Positions 1-9,453 are shown, numbered from the stretch's first letter. The stretch is DNA of 41,776 nucleotides from Nitrospiraceae bacterium (GCA_037442105.1 JBBIQV010000028.1:1-41776), one strand, 5' to 3'. The notes: generated by a model not told the origin, from the letters alone. Program-made: numbers and translations.

Positions 1-202
1 TCGGTGTAATGGCTGGTTGCCGGAAACACCCACTGCCATCCCCATTCTCTGCCGGGGTCGGAGAAATAGGGTCGGGAATCATTTCTGGAGCAGATCGTTC
101 CCAAATGTTCGATTGCAAGACCCGACCCCATCTCACTCGGATGCATGGCGCCCTCATACGGAGAGCTGAAAGCAGGACGCTGATGGCTGACCGTTTCCGT
201 GT

Positions 203-1693
203 CTATCGCTGCGAATACCAGCGGAAGCCTTTGGTCTCAGTGAAAGCCGGTTTCGGGGCGCCGCCGGGCTTTTCGAGCAGGAGCACTTTGAAGTCGATCA
301 GGCCGAACCAGGCGGGATCGGCGATGTCGTGGTAGTGGCAGCCCTGGAGCTTAGGCAGCATATCTCCCAAGGCCTGTTTGAGTTCGCGTTCCGTATAAAC
401 ATGGACTGCGAAGGGTTTCCCCAGGGCCTGACAGAACCGTTGGATTGTATAGGCAGCGCCGGTGCAGAGCACCTTGGTGTCCGGTTTGATTCCCAGAAAT
501 TGGGGGAGCGGTAGGTATCGTTCCTGAAAGCCCAGCCAGCGAACAGCTTGGCGCAGATGGCTATACTGGACTTCGTATTCGGTGTGGCCAGGCAGTTTGA
601 CCGGAGCCGGCCAACCCTCTTCGATGCCGAACTCCGTGAGGAAAGCCCGACCGCCCGGTTTCAATACCCGCCAGAGTTCCGCGACAAATCTGATCGGGCC
701 GAGGTTGAAGATCATCTCTTCCGGCAGATCGGTGCCCAACGGCAATCGCAGGCGTCTGATCCAATCCAGTGCCTCCTGATGCTGCGGGGTATCGGCGCGT
801 CCCTCGGTCATTTCCTGGCGCGAGAGTTTGACGGGCGTCATGTCCGCCATGTTCTCGTTGTCAATGACCAGGTCCACTGAGTTGTTCCTGAACGGCAGCC
901 ACTCTCCGTTGCCGTGGGTGCCGCTGCAGCTCCAGCCTCCCGCGCGGGCGCGGGTCATTTGGAGCTTGAGAAACGGCCTGGTGACATCCAACGAAACGTA
1001 CGCGATGCCCTGCTTCTGAAACGGCAGGAGGTCCTGCCCCAATTCGCGGGCGACGTACCCAAGCCCTCCTCCCACTTCGACGATGACTTTCGGTTTCGGC
1101 ACCAACCACCCGAGCCGCTGGAGTTGCTTCATCAGCAGCCGGCCGTAGGTCAAGCCGTTCAAGGCCTCGCTCGGCTCTCGGAACAGGTGGGAGACCGTCG
1201 TCTCGATCAGGTCGAAGTGCCCGTCATCTTCGCCGCTGTCTTTGAGGTCGTGGACGTGGAACTCGGCCAGGTGGTCTTCGCCCTCGAAGCCTTCCTGCCC
1301 GGACCAGCCTTCGCGAATCTGCTGGAGCAAGATATCCCACTTCGCTTTGTGCCGGTGGCCGCCTGGCGGCTCGGCGCCGAAGTAACAGAGTGAGTAGTTG
1401 GGCAGCGACCACCGCTCGAGGTGCCATTGCCCCGGCTGTCCATCCGGTCCGCAGACCCATTTGCCGTACTTTTCCAGGAGCGCGCCGACCGTGATGTGGC
1501 CGTTCATGGCCGCGAGCATTTCTATGCCGAGTCGGTTGAGCCGGACGAGGGGAAGGTTGTCGTCGAGCGGGGCCAGCCACCACTCGTTCTGCGTATGCTG
1601 GTAGGTGACAAGATCGGGGATGCGCCAGGCCAGCAGATTTAGGACGTCGCCGGTGAGGCTGAACGGTTCTTGGACGGCAACAACTGGTTTCAT
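203..1693 (-). CDS. Class I SAM-dependent methyltransferase with N-terminal PqqD/RRE-like segment
   Basis: Long ORF with SAM motif IVEVGGGLG, LPFRNNSVDLVI and WRVLKPGGRAF. N-terminal LVRLNRLGIEMLAAMNGHITVGALL resembles a PqqD-type winged helix. ATG 1693 chosen as start. Confidence 0.8.
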   Translation of the reverse strand: MKPVVAVQEPFSLTGDVLNLLAWRIPDLVTYQHTQNEWWLAPLDDNLPLVRLNRLGIEMLAAMNGHITVGALLEKYGKWVCGPDGQPGQWHLERWSLPNYSLCYFGAEPPGGHRHKAKWDILLQQIREGWSGQEGFEGEDHLAEFHVHDLKDSGEDDGHFDLIETTVSHLFREPSEALNGLTYGRLLMKQLQRLGWLVPKPKVIVEVGGGLGYVARELGQDLLPFQKQGIAYVSLDVTRPFLKLQMTRARAGGWSCSGTHGNGEWLPFRNNSVDLVIDNENMADMTPVKLSRQEMTEGRADTPQHQEALDWIRRLRLPLGTDLPEEMIFNLGPIRFVAELWRVLKPGGRAFLTEFGIEEGWPAPVKLPGHTEYEVQYSHLRQAVRWLGFQERYLPLPQFLGIKPDTKVLCTGAAYTIQRFCQALGKPFAVHVYTERELKQALGDMLPKLQGCHYHDIADPAWFGLIDFKVLLLEKPGGAPKPAFTETKGFRWYSQR

Positions 1694-1854
1694 GGACAAC
1701 GGTCCGATTCGGTGGATCGAAGCCTACACGAGACTGTGCGGTTCCCGCAAGAACCTGGACCGCGCGACAAAATTGTGTTTCCTCGGTGCTCACAGTCATG
1801 GCAGCAAGTCCACTGGCTCGGGGCGCGAGGTGAACGAAGAAAATCAAGAGCCCT

Positions 1855-2229
1855 TTACAATTGAGACGGGAAGGGCGGCTCAGTCACGACCAGGATCCCG
1901 CGCATGATGGGGTGCAAGCGGCAATGGTAGGCATAACGACCGGGTGGAAGGCCCTGGAGCGTATAGTTTCCATTCGGTTCGATAACGTCGGAATCGAACG
2001 CACACGCACCCCCGTCTTCCACGCATCCGTTATGAGTGATTGTGTGGTGCGTGGGGGTCGGATTCTCCCAACGGATCGGCATATGGGCTGCTACGTTTGC
2101 ACTGGCCGGCACGAAATAGGGAGATCCGCTGTCGATCAGAATCTGGACCTGCGGGGACACGGCCAAGCTTGGCCACCGCCCCAAGGCCAGAAAGCAGGCG
2201 AGCGCGACGATAATGGTGAACGACTTCAC
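1855..2229 (-). CDS. Secreted cupredoxin (plastocyanin/azurin-like) protein
   Basis: Hydrophobic signal-like N-terminus, HHTI motif and C-terminal type-1 copper ligand pattern YHCRLHPIM. Start uncertain (GTG 2229 chosen). Confidence 0.8.
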   Translation of the reverse strand: MKSFTIIVALACFLALGRWPSLAVSPQVQILIDSGSPYFVPASANVAAHMPIRWENPTPTHHTITHNGCVEDGGACAFDSDVIEPNGNYTLQGLPPGRYAYHCRLHPIMRGILVVTEPPFPSQL

Positions 2230-2511
2230 GCAACTCCTTACGACGTGAGACGATGCTTGCTTTTTTCTCTCCCCTAATTTTAGATGCATGGTCGCAACAA
2301 AGGATTCGCGGGGAGCCATTCCTCGGCAAACACAACACATTTTACCATATGGTGCTTCTGGAGAATGTTCCGACGGGCGCCGGTTCCATCATTCACCACA
2401 TCCGTCCCTGAGCCCGGAGAGAGAGGGTTGCAACACCCTGGCGGTTCATGCTAGATGGAGGCCGCAAAAATTCCGATGCCGCAAGGCGGCATAGCCGAGA
2501 GGAGGGAATGG

Positions 2512-2940
2512 ATGGTGAAGAAAAAGAAACGGACTGCGATGAAGAAAGCTGCGAAGAGGAAGGCGATGCCGAATGTGCGCGCTAAGGCCAAAGCAAAGAA
2601 AGTAACGGCCAAGAAAGGCGCAAAGAAGGGGACCGCCGTCAGGCCCAAGAAGACAAAGAAGAAGGCCCCCAAGAAAGTTGCGGCCAAAGCTCCAAAGTCG
2701 ACGAAAGCGCCCGCTGCCACTGAGCCCGCGCCTGTCGCGCCGAAGCCGCAGCTTCCGGCCGCGGAACCGCCGTCTCCAGACCTTGATGAGGAGATGCAGG
2801 AAGATCTCGATATGACCGAGGAGATCGATAACGAGATGCAGGAGGATCTCGCTCTGGAAGAGGATGACGACGATGACGTCGACTACCTCGAGAAGTCAGA
2901 GGATCTGCTCGACGATAACAACGATTATCGCAATAACTAG
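2512..2940 (+). CDS. Lys/Ala-rich (histone H1-like) protein with acidic C-terminal tail
   Basis: GGAGGG RBS at 2501-2506 before ATG 2512; KKAA-rich N-half, Pro-rich linker, D/E-rich C-half. Confidence 0.7.
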   Translation: MVKKKKRTAMKKAAKRKAMPNVRAKAKAKKVTAKKGAKKGTAVRPKKTKKKAPKKVAAKAPKSTKAPAATEPAPVAPKPQLPAAEPPSPDLDEEMQEDLDMTEEIDNEMQEDLALEEDDDDDVDYLEKSEDLLDDNNDYRNN

Positions 2941-3100
2941 CCTGCATTATTCATGAACGCTTCTGCTGCAATCGCCTGCCCGCGACCCCGCAGTCCGGCG
3001 GTTTCGCCTGCTTGTGATCCGACAGATAGATGGCTGCCACCGCCTGAGGCCTGTTGCTTGGTGCCGGCAAGCAAGTCTCCGGGCGGGCAAGGCCGCTCTT
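2941..3100 (+). repeat. Degenerate partial copy of the MITE-like element at 23402-23790
   Basis: CTAG followed by CCTGCATTATTCATGAACGCTTCTGCTGCAATCGC, versus CTAA followed by CCCGCATTATTCATGAGCACTTCTGCTGCAATCGC at 23398; patchy similarity to about 3100; no right TIR found. Confidence 0.7.
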
Positions 3101-3185
3101 CGTAGCTTCAAGCTGTCGGCCGGCAGCTAATTTGTCTGGAAGTTGCCTGTCGCGGCGGTACACCGGCAGTGAGCCCCCTGCATTC

Positions 3186-3629
3186 ATGAGTCATTTCCTC
3201 TTTGTAGCCGGCGCTCTGCGCGAGCGGAGTTCGAGTGAAAGCGCCGAACTGCAGTTGGCGCACAACCTCTGGGGACTTTGCACCGGACTCATCCACGATA
3301 ATTTGCAGAAATATCTGTCGCGTGATTCCTGCGGCCTGGTCTATGTACTGAAGGCGGGCATCTGTGCCCATTTTAAGATCGTCTCGGAGGTGCTGCCCTT
3401 TCAGCAGTTAGACGAGTTGGCGAAGGACGAATTGCGAACCGAGGCTAGGCACGGTTTTGTGCGGGTGGAGCTTCTCCGTCGCTGGGCATCCTCGCCGGCC
3501 GAGAGCCATGCCTTGTTGCAGCAGGTGCTTCAGATACCGGATCAGGCGGAACTGACCCGCCGACTCACGCTGGGAATGCATCGGTTGACCGACGAAGAGT
3601 ACCGGGCCATACTGGCGAAACTCGGGTGA
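3186..3629 (+). CDS. Hypothetical protein, possibly EVE/PUA-like domain
   Basis: ORF from ATG 3186; LWGL near the N-terminus, GLVYV strand and C-terminal GMHRLTDEEYRAIL resemble EVE-domain architecture. Confidence 0.55.
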   Translation: MSHFLFVAGALRERSSSESAELQLAHNLWGLCTGLIHDNLQKYLSRDSCGLVYVLKAGICAHFKIVSEVLPFQQLDELAKDELRTEARHGFVRVELLRRWASSPAESHALLQQVLQIPDQAELTRRLTLGMHRLTDEEYRAILAKLG

Positions 3630-3679
3630 GAGACGGTGGCGAAATCGTAGCTCTGATGAAGCGACAACCGGAGAGACGA

Positions 3680-4348
3680 TTAAATTCTCCGACCGGTCAT
3701 CAGTTCGTAGGCGTCGTCGATCGTTCCGACTTCTTTGATCTCCACGTTCAGCTCGAATCCCAGGCGAGTCAGATCCCAGCGCGAGTCGTGAAGTTGGCCG
3801 GCTGGAACGAGAATGGTGCGGCACCCTTCGCGGGCCGCAGCCCGCACCTTATCCGGAATCGCTCCCACATGACCGATTGCGCCGTCCGGCTGAATGGTGC
3901 CTGTCAAGGCCATACCTCGCCGGACGGACTCCCCTTTGAACATCGCAATCAATCCCACGGCCATCGCCGCACCGGCACTTGGGCCGTCGCTAGCGGTCGG
4001 CAGGTAAGCGATACCTTGTACGGTTACCGTACCGGTATGAGTGAGGGAGGGGGTACGTTCGATCGCATAGCGGAAGGCTACGACCAACGAATCGAGATTT
4101 TCTTTTCCCAAGATGACTCCACCTTGCCTCCACTGAAGGGCGATGGGATCCGGCGAGGTCTTCTGGTCCCAGTGGAAGAGCATGATCTCGAATACGCCCT
4201 GGTCGTTCGATCGAAAGGCGGCCAAGACCGGTACTTCCACGAGGAACTCCCCGGCGGCCGGCGATATGAGCATAGTCAGTGTCAGCAGAACGGCCATCAA
4301 AGGCAGGAAACAACGTGAGTGAATTGCCTGACCAGACTGTCGAGACAT
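3680..4348 (-). CDS. Stand-alone S16 (Lon C-terminal) protease domain protein with signal peptide
   Basis: DGPSAG catalytic Ser motif, ALTGTIQPDGAIGHVGAIPDKVRAA (catalytic Lys), hydrophobic N-terminus, no AAA+ module. Confidence 0.85.
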   Translation of the reverse strand: MSRQSGQAIHSRCFLPLMAVLLTLTMLISPAAGEFLVEVPVLAAFRSNDQGVFEIMLFHWDQKTSPDPIALQWRQGGVILGKENLDSLVVAFRYAIERTPSLTHTGTVTVQGIAYLPTASDGPSAGAAMAVGLIAMFKGESVRRGMALTGTIQPDGAIGHVGAIPDKVRAAAREGCRTILVPAGQLHDSRWDLTRLGFELNVEIKEVGTIDDAYELMTGRRI

Positions 4349-4464
4349 ACGCGTTCTCCCCTCTTGGTCTTGAGCGATATTGTAAGAGATGGGGACCTAA
4401 GCACCAACGTTTTGCCGGAATTGTGCGTTGCATCCATGCCTTGTGGTTTTATGTAAGAAACAGC

Positions 4465-5535
4465 ATGCGTGCGATGTTTTGGGCCTGGCTCGTAGTGACG
4501 GCGATGGTGCTATCGCCCGTATGTGCGTCGGCGGCTTGTACGGAAGAGCCGGCCCCAGCCGGTGGGAACGTCCTCTGGAAACATCTCGGCAAGGATTGCT
4601 CGAATCAGGAGCGTGTGCATCGAGCCGTGACAGGCCAGGAAATTCTCGCTGCCTTGAAAGCCGGCAAGGGGATCGATCTCGCCGGCGTGGTTGTCACCGA
4701 TGATGTGCTTCTCGATGCCGTACCGGCGCAGCCGGTCGAGAAGTTGACCGGGTTTTCCCAACCTGAACTGGATGCAATTCGATCCCTTCCCGTCAGCGAA
4801 GTACGAGTCATCGCCGGATCGCTGTCCATTCGGGATTCCAACGTCAAAGGGACACTGGCGACGAAGTTAACGGATGGATACCTCGTGGTCCGTGGGCCCG
4901 TGACGCTGATCGGGACGACGTTCGAGGAGTTAGTTGACCTTTCTCGGATGCTCTTTCTAGGGCCCGTCGATGGATCAAATTCCGTTTTCCTGAGGGAAGC
5001 CTATTTCATCGCCGGGAGCTTTTCCCGGCCGGCTCGGTTTACCAGAGCCGTGTTTGGTCCGCACACCCGTTTCCACCGGTCCCATTTCTACGACGTGGTG
5101 AGCTTTCAACAGTCAGAATTCACCGGGCTGGCGGAATTTCTGGAGGTCACCTTCGACAAGGATGTGGATCTGTCGCGGACCTCTTTCAAGCAAGGGACAG
5201 GATTTTCCGGCTCCCGGTTTCGCGCGCGCCTGGACTTCTCGGAGGCGGTATTTGATCGGGAAGGCTTTTTCACGTACACGGTCTTCGAAGGGGACGCCCA
5301 CTTCCGCCGAGCCACATTTCGCTCGGTTGCAGACTTCTCGGACGCCGAATTCAAAGGAGGGAACGATTTGGCAAAAGTGCTGTTTAAACAGGTTCCTCGT
5401 TTTGATCGGGTGAAGCAGCCGGCAGAAGAGGCAAAGTCCCTCGGCCTACAGAGCCGGAATATTCAGCTTGCGATCACGCTCGCCCTTCTGTTTTTTTCCG
5501 CATTACTGGTGGTCTATTTGTTTAAGGCGCGATAG
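4465..5535 (+). CDS. Pentapeptide-repeat protein, exported and C-terminally membrane anchored
   Basis: Signal-like N-terminus from ATG 4465, repeated F-x-x-x-x-F pattern (FSEAVF, FRRATF, FSDAEF) and a C-terminal TM helix. Confidence 0.75.
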   Translation: MRAMFWAWLVVTAMVLSPVCASAACTEEPAPAGGNVLWKHLGKDCSNQERVHRAVTGQEILAALKAGKGIDLAGVVVTDDVLLDAVPAQPVEKLTGFSQPELDAIRSLPVSEVRVIAGSLSIRDSNVKGTLATKLTDGYLVVRGPVTLIGTTFEELVDLSRMLFLGPVDGSNSVFLREAYFIAGSFSRPARFTRAVFGPHTRFHRSHFYDVVSFQQSEFTGLAEFLEVTFDKDVDLSRTSFKQGTGFSGSRFRARLDFSEAVFDREGFFTYTVFEGDAHFRRATFRSVADFSDAEFKGGNDLAKVLFKQVPRFDRVKQPAEEAKSLGLQSRNIQLAITLALLFFSALLVVYLFKAR

Positions 5536-5582
5536 TAGTTGGACACCCGATTTCTTTCGACCCCTACATATAGAGTTCAGGC

Positions 5583-5611
5583 TTGCTCGAACCACCATAA
5601 GCTGCTATAAG
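5583..5611 (+). promoter_or_regulatory. Putative sigma70 promoter of scpAB
   Basis: TTGCTC-17 bp-TATAAG with TG extended -10, upstream of the scpA RBS. Confidence 0.4.
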
Positions 5612-5645
5612 GGACCAATTTCGCAGCGGGAGGAACCTCTTTAGC

Positions 5646-6431
5646 ATGGAACAAGATGAGCTGGGGTACAAGATCAGGATCGAAAAGTTTGAGGGTCCAT
5701 TAGACCTGCTCTTGCACCTCATTAGGAAGAACGAGATCAATATTTACGATATTCCTGTTGCCATGATCGCTCAGCAGTATCTGGACTATCTGTCGGCTAT
5801 GAAGTCGCTGAATCTGTCTGTGGCCGGTGAGTTCCTTGTCATGGCGGCGACCCTCCTGCATATCAAGTCGCGGATGTTGTTACCGCCGGATGAAACAATG
5901 GAGGATGAGGAGGACGGGCCTGATCCGCGAGAAGAACTCGTGCGCCGGCTGTTGGAGTACAAACAATTCAAGGAAGCAGCCCGGCAATTGGATGGACAGG
6001 AGCGTATGTGGCGGGAGATCTACAGCCGGGAATCGGCACCGCCTGAGCCGGTCGAGTCCGAAGAAACGCTGCTGGAAAACGTGTCGTTGTTCGATTTGGT
6101 CGATGCGCTGCAGGAGATATTGGAGCGGAACCCCGGCAGACGGCTGATCGAGATCGAGCCTGATCATCTCACGGTTCGCGACCGTATGAATGCGATCGTG
6201 GAGTCTTTGGAAGGCAAAGATGCCATAACCTTTGCGTCGCTGTTTGAGGGACAATGTCATCGGCTGGTGATTATCGTGACGTTCCTTGCGCTGCTCGAGT
6301 TGATCCGCCTGCGGGTGGCTCGGGTCTTCCAGGCTGAAACCTTCGGGCCTATTCTGGTTTCGCGCGCCTTCTCGCTGGTCGCAGAGACGGAATCTCTGGA
6401 GAGTGACGATGCGGAATGGAGGAGTCTATGA
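5646..6431 (+). CDS. scpA: Segregation and condensation protein A
   Basis: FEGPLDLLLHLI, EFLVMAATLLHIKSRMLLP, TFLALLEL motifs. Confidence 0.96.
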   Translation: MEQDELGYKIRIEKFEGPLDLLLHLIRKNEINIYDIPVAMIAQQYLDYLSAMKSLNLSVAGEFLVMAATLLHIKSRMLLPPDETMEDEEDGPDPREELVRRLLEYKQFKEAARQLDGQERMWREIYSRESAPPEPVESEETLLENVSLFDLVDALQEILERNPGRRLIEIEPDHLTVRDRMNAIVESLEGKDAITFASLFEGQCHRLVIIVTFLALLELIRLRVARVFQAETFGPILVSRAFSLVAETESLESDDAEWRSL

Positions 6432-7285
6432 ACACGATCGCGGACCTGGCAATTGAAGCGAAAGAATTAGCGGAAGCGTGTGCTGAGACGGTCCAGGCAG
6501 AGTCCCGCGCGGAAGGCGCGAGTCCCGCCGAAAGCTCGATGAACGGGATAGACCCTGCGATGTCACAGGTCGTGCCTGAGGTCCAAGAGGTGCGCGAGCT
6601 CAAGGGGATTCTCGAAGCGGTGCTCTTTGTGTCACCTGAACCGATTCCTATCGCGCGCCTCATGGCGCTTTTAGGGTCGATCTCGAAGATGGAAGTGGAA
6701 TGGGCCTTGGCCGGCTTGCAGCGAGATTTTGAACAGGAGGGGCGAGGCCTGCAACTGGTCCACATTGCGGGGGGGTATCGCTTGGTGACCAAGCAGGAAT
6801 ACGCGCCCTGGATCAAGCGCCTTGAGAAGGCCAAAGCTGCGCCGAAGCTGTCGCGGTCAGCACTCGAGTCGCTGGCGATCATCGCCTACAAGCAACCGGT
6901 TGTGCGAGGGGAGATTGAAGAGATCCGTGGTGTGGAGACATCCGGCGTGCTCCGGACGTTGCTCGAACGCAAACTTGTGCGCATCGTAGGGCGAAAGGAA
7001 GTGCCGGGACGCCCCATCATGTACGGAACCACGAAGTTCTTCCTCGAGCATTTCGGCCTTCGAGACTTATCCGAGTTGCCGCCCTTGCGGGAGTTCAAAG
7101 AGTTGGGTGAGTCCGAACAGGCCGTCTTGCCGATCGAAGAAGACAGGGTCGCCGTCGACTCCACTGAGCCGGTCGCGATAAACGATCCATCGGACCGAGA
7201 AGAGAGCCTCGCGGATGCAGAAGAATCCATAACACTATCCGAAGAGGAAGACGCTCTCGTTCCCGAACCGGTCGAACAAACGTAG
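6428..7285 (+). CDS. scpB: SMC-Scp complex subunit ScpB
   Basis: LEAVLF, LSRSALESLAIIAYKQP, IEEIRGV, GRPIMYGTTKFFLEHFGL; ATGA overlap with the scpA stop. Confidence 0.96.
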   Translation: MNTIADLAIEAKELAEACAETVQAESRAEGASPAESSMNGIDPAMSQVVPEVQEVRELKGILEAVLFVSPEPIPIARLMALLGSISKMEVEWALAGLQRDFEQEGRGLQLVHIAGGYRLVTKQEYAPWIKRLEKAKAAPKLSRSALESLAIIAYKQPVVRGEIEEIRGVETSGVLRTLLERKLVRIVGRKEVPGRPIMYGTTKFFLEHFGLRDLSELPPLREFKELGESEQAVLPIEEDRVAVDSTEPVAINDPSDREESLADAEESITLSEEEDALVPEPVEQT

Positions 7286-7446
7286 CCTTCCCACACTCGC
7301 TCGACTTTTCTTTCATCGTTACACAAGACTTACCGTTTGCAAAGCTCCTGCAGTGGCGCACTTGTTGCCGCGGGCGCTGCTGCGATAGCATGCCACTCTC
7401 TCTTCTTGCGCAACTACGGGTTTGATTTCTTCCCGAGGTTCCCACC

Positions 7447-7917
7447 ATGACCGACGGCGACTTCATGCGGCTTGCGATCCAGGCGGCCTGGCGAGGGATT
7501 GAGCAAGGAGAAATGCCCTTCGGGGCCTGCCTTGTGAGAAAGGGGCGGGTTGTCTCAGTGGCGCACAACAGCGCGAAAGCCAACATGGACACCACGGCCC
7601 ATGCCGAAGTCCAGGCGATCAGGGAAGCCAGTCGTCGCCTGAAAACGCTTGAGCTGACCGGATGTGTGATCTATTCCACCTGTGAGCCTTGTCCGATGTG
7701 TTTCACAGCCTGTGTGTGGAGCAAGGTGGGCAGGATCGTGTACGCCTGTCGGATCGAGGATGCCGAAAAGACGGGCATCCGGCAAATTCCCATTGTGTCC
7801 GCTCGTATGAACCAACTGGGACAGAGCGGCGTGGAACTTGTAGGGGATGTACTTCGTGAGGATAGTCTGAAGCTGTTCGAGGCTTGGCGTCGGGGCGAGA
7901 AGCGGCCCGCCGAATAG
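7447..7917 (+). CDS. Nucleoside/nucleobase deaminase (cytidine deaminase superfamily; guanine deaminase/TadA-like)
   Basis: PFGA, HAE and EPCPMC zinc motifs. Confidence 0.9.
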   Translation: MTDGDFMRLAIQAAWRGIEQGEMPFGACLVRKGRVVSVAHNSAKANMDTTAHAEVQAIREASRRLKTLELTGCVIYSTCEPCPMCFTACVWSKVGRIVYACRIEDAEKTGIRQIPIVSARMNQLGQSGVELVGDVLREDSLKLFEAWRRGEKRPAE

Positions 7918-7936
7918 GTGCGCCTCAAGCCAATCC

Positions 7937-8164
7937 CTAGAAGTAACTCTTTTCATAAGACACGAGCGATTCAATGAGCCGACCGAGGCGCGTCGAGAAG
8001 TTCTTCAGCGCCACTAGAATCAGAAACAGTCCCACGACGATCCCGATGTTGATTCTCAGTTTGGTGACCAGCAGGAGACACAGAATGACGAGCGGGATTG
8101 TAAGAGTCAGGATCTTCCGGTAGAACGCCCGATCGATATGTTCGTAATGTTTGCCGACCTGCAT
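7937..8164 (-). CDS. Small two-TM membrane protein, hypothetical
   Basis: 75-aa ORF from ATG 8164 with two hydrophobic stretches, downstream of the molybdoenzyme gene. Confidence 0.5.
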   Translation of the reverse strand: MQVGKHYEHIDRAFYRKILTLTIPLVILCLLLVTKLRINIGIVVGLFLILVALKNFSTRLGRLIESLVSYEKSYF

Positions 8165-8270
8165 AAGATTGATGGCCAGTGAAATCGGCAGGAGCGTTGG
8201 TTTCCACAGAGCTTGGACAAGTCCTTGCACAGAAGTTCGATCTTCCTTCTGTTCAGATCCACACATCTTG

Positions 8271-9299
8271 CTACACCTGTTCGATGTCCGCAATGATCGT
8301 ATGCAGCCCGCTGGCACCCGCAGGCTGCGGCCGGACGATTTCGGCAATTTGTGGTTGTCCCTTCGTGTCGGTGGCCCGTACAACCGTTTGGAACTTGCCG
8401 CGTTTGGGCGGCTTCCACGTGTAGTTCCAAATCACCCATGAATAAGGCGACATAGGTTTCTCGATTTCGCATTCGTGCCACGTGCGGCCTGCATCGAAGC
8501 TCAATTCCACTTTGCTGATGGAGTTCGGTCCACCGAAGGCGATGCCGCGGAATTTCTGCTCGGCTCCGCGGAGCGATTGATAATGTCCTGGTGAATCAAT
8601 GCGCGAAAAAATCTTGATCGTGCCGTCGTCGGTCCAGCCTTTGCGTTGCCAGTAGCCTTGATGGTCGCCCGGATACACTTCGATCTCCGTGATCCACTTC
8701 ACGTTCTTTATGCCATACAGGCCGGGGACGATGAGCCGGAGCGGGAAGCCGTGGGCCTTGGGGAGTTTTTCGCCGTTCATGAGGTAGGCGAGCATCACAT
8801 CGTCTTGCATCGCCCGTTTAAACGGAATGCTGTCATCGTACCCATCGATAGCGCGGAAGATCACGTCGCGCGCCGATTCTTCATCGGCTCCTACTTCGGT
8901 AAGCAGGGTCTTCAGCGAAATGCCACGCCACCGCGCATTGCCCAAGCTGTCACCGCCGGGGAGTGTATCGATACATTCCAAGGTCACAACCTGATCGAAT
9001 GCGTCGCGGTTCAGAATATCGCGCCAGCCGAGCGATAGTGGCTGTTTCACCTCTCCCTTTACTGTGACACGCCACTGTTCTATGTTGATTTCGCGAGAGA
9101 CACTGACAGCAGAATCGGCGTAGTTGACGACATAGAACTTGTCGTTCGGTGTGAAGTAGGTGGTATCGCGCGGAGGCACGGCGAACATGCGACCGAACAG
9201 GGACCCGACGGCGTCGCAGCCCCCTGTGGCACCGGCGAGTGTGCTGAGGCCGGCGAGTTTAAGAAGAGTGCGGCGGCGAAGTGTGAAGAAATCGTTCAT
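8271..9299 (-). CDS. Sulfite oxidase family molybdopterin-dependent oxidoreductase, Tat-exported
   Basis: RRRTLLK Tat motif, TLEC (Mo-ligating Cys), GNARWRG, HGFPLRLIVPGLYGIKNVKW, C-terminal dimerisation domain. Confidence 0.92.
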   Translation of the reverse strand: MNDFFTLRRRTLLKLAGLSTLAGATGGCDAVGSLFGRMFAVPPRDTTYFTPNDKFYVVNYADSAVSVSREINIEQWRVTVKGEVKQPLSLGWRDILNRDAFDQVVTLECIDTLPGGDSLGNARWRGISLKTLLTEVGADEESARDVIFRAIDGYDDSIPFKRAMQDDVMLAYLMNGEKLPKAHGFPLRLIVPGLYGIKNVKWITEIEVYPGDHQGYWQRKGWTDDGTIKIFSRIDSPGHYQSLRGAEQKFRGIAFGGPNSISKVELSFDAGRTWHECEIEKPMSPYSWVIWNYTWKPPKRGKFQTVVRATDTKGQPQIAEIVRPQPAGASGLHTIIADIEQV

Positions 9300-9353
9300 G
9301 GCAGGCGCGCTGACGGGGATTATACTCGGAATCGATACAAACTTTCGGTATGC

Positions 9354-9382
9354 TTGACACTGACCGTCTATCTAGTTAAAAT
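9354..9382 (+). promoter_or_regulatory. sigma70 promoter of clpC
   Basis: TTGACA (9354-9359), 17-bp spacer, TAAAAT (9377-9382); AGGAGG RBS before ATG 9454. Confidence 0.7.
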
Positions 9383-9453
9383 TAGGCCAGAATTCATTGG
9401 TTTCTACACAGAAACCACATACACGGTGACCTCATTCACTAGAAGGAGGCAGG

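Noticed and set aside
69..128. GGGTCGGG...CCCGACCC inverted repeat, possibly REP-like
   Set aside because: Only an 8-bp stem with a long loop and a single copy in the window; cannot be supported here.
7447..7917. Deaminase as a defence or hypermutation enzyme explaining the IS mutations
   Set aside because: Looks like an ordinary small nucleobase deaminase, and deamination gives transitions, not A:T->C:G transversions.
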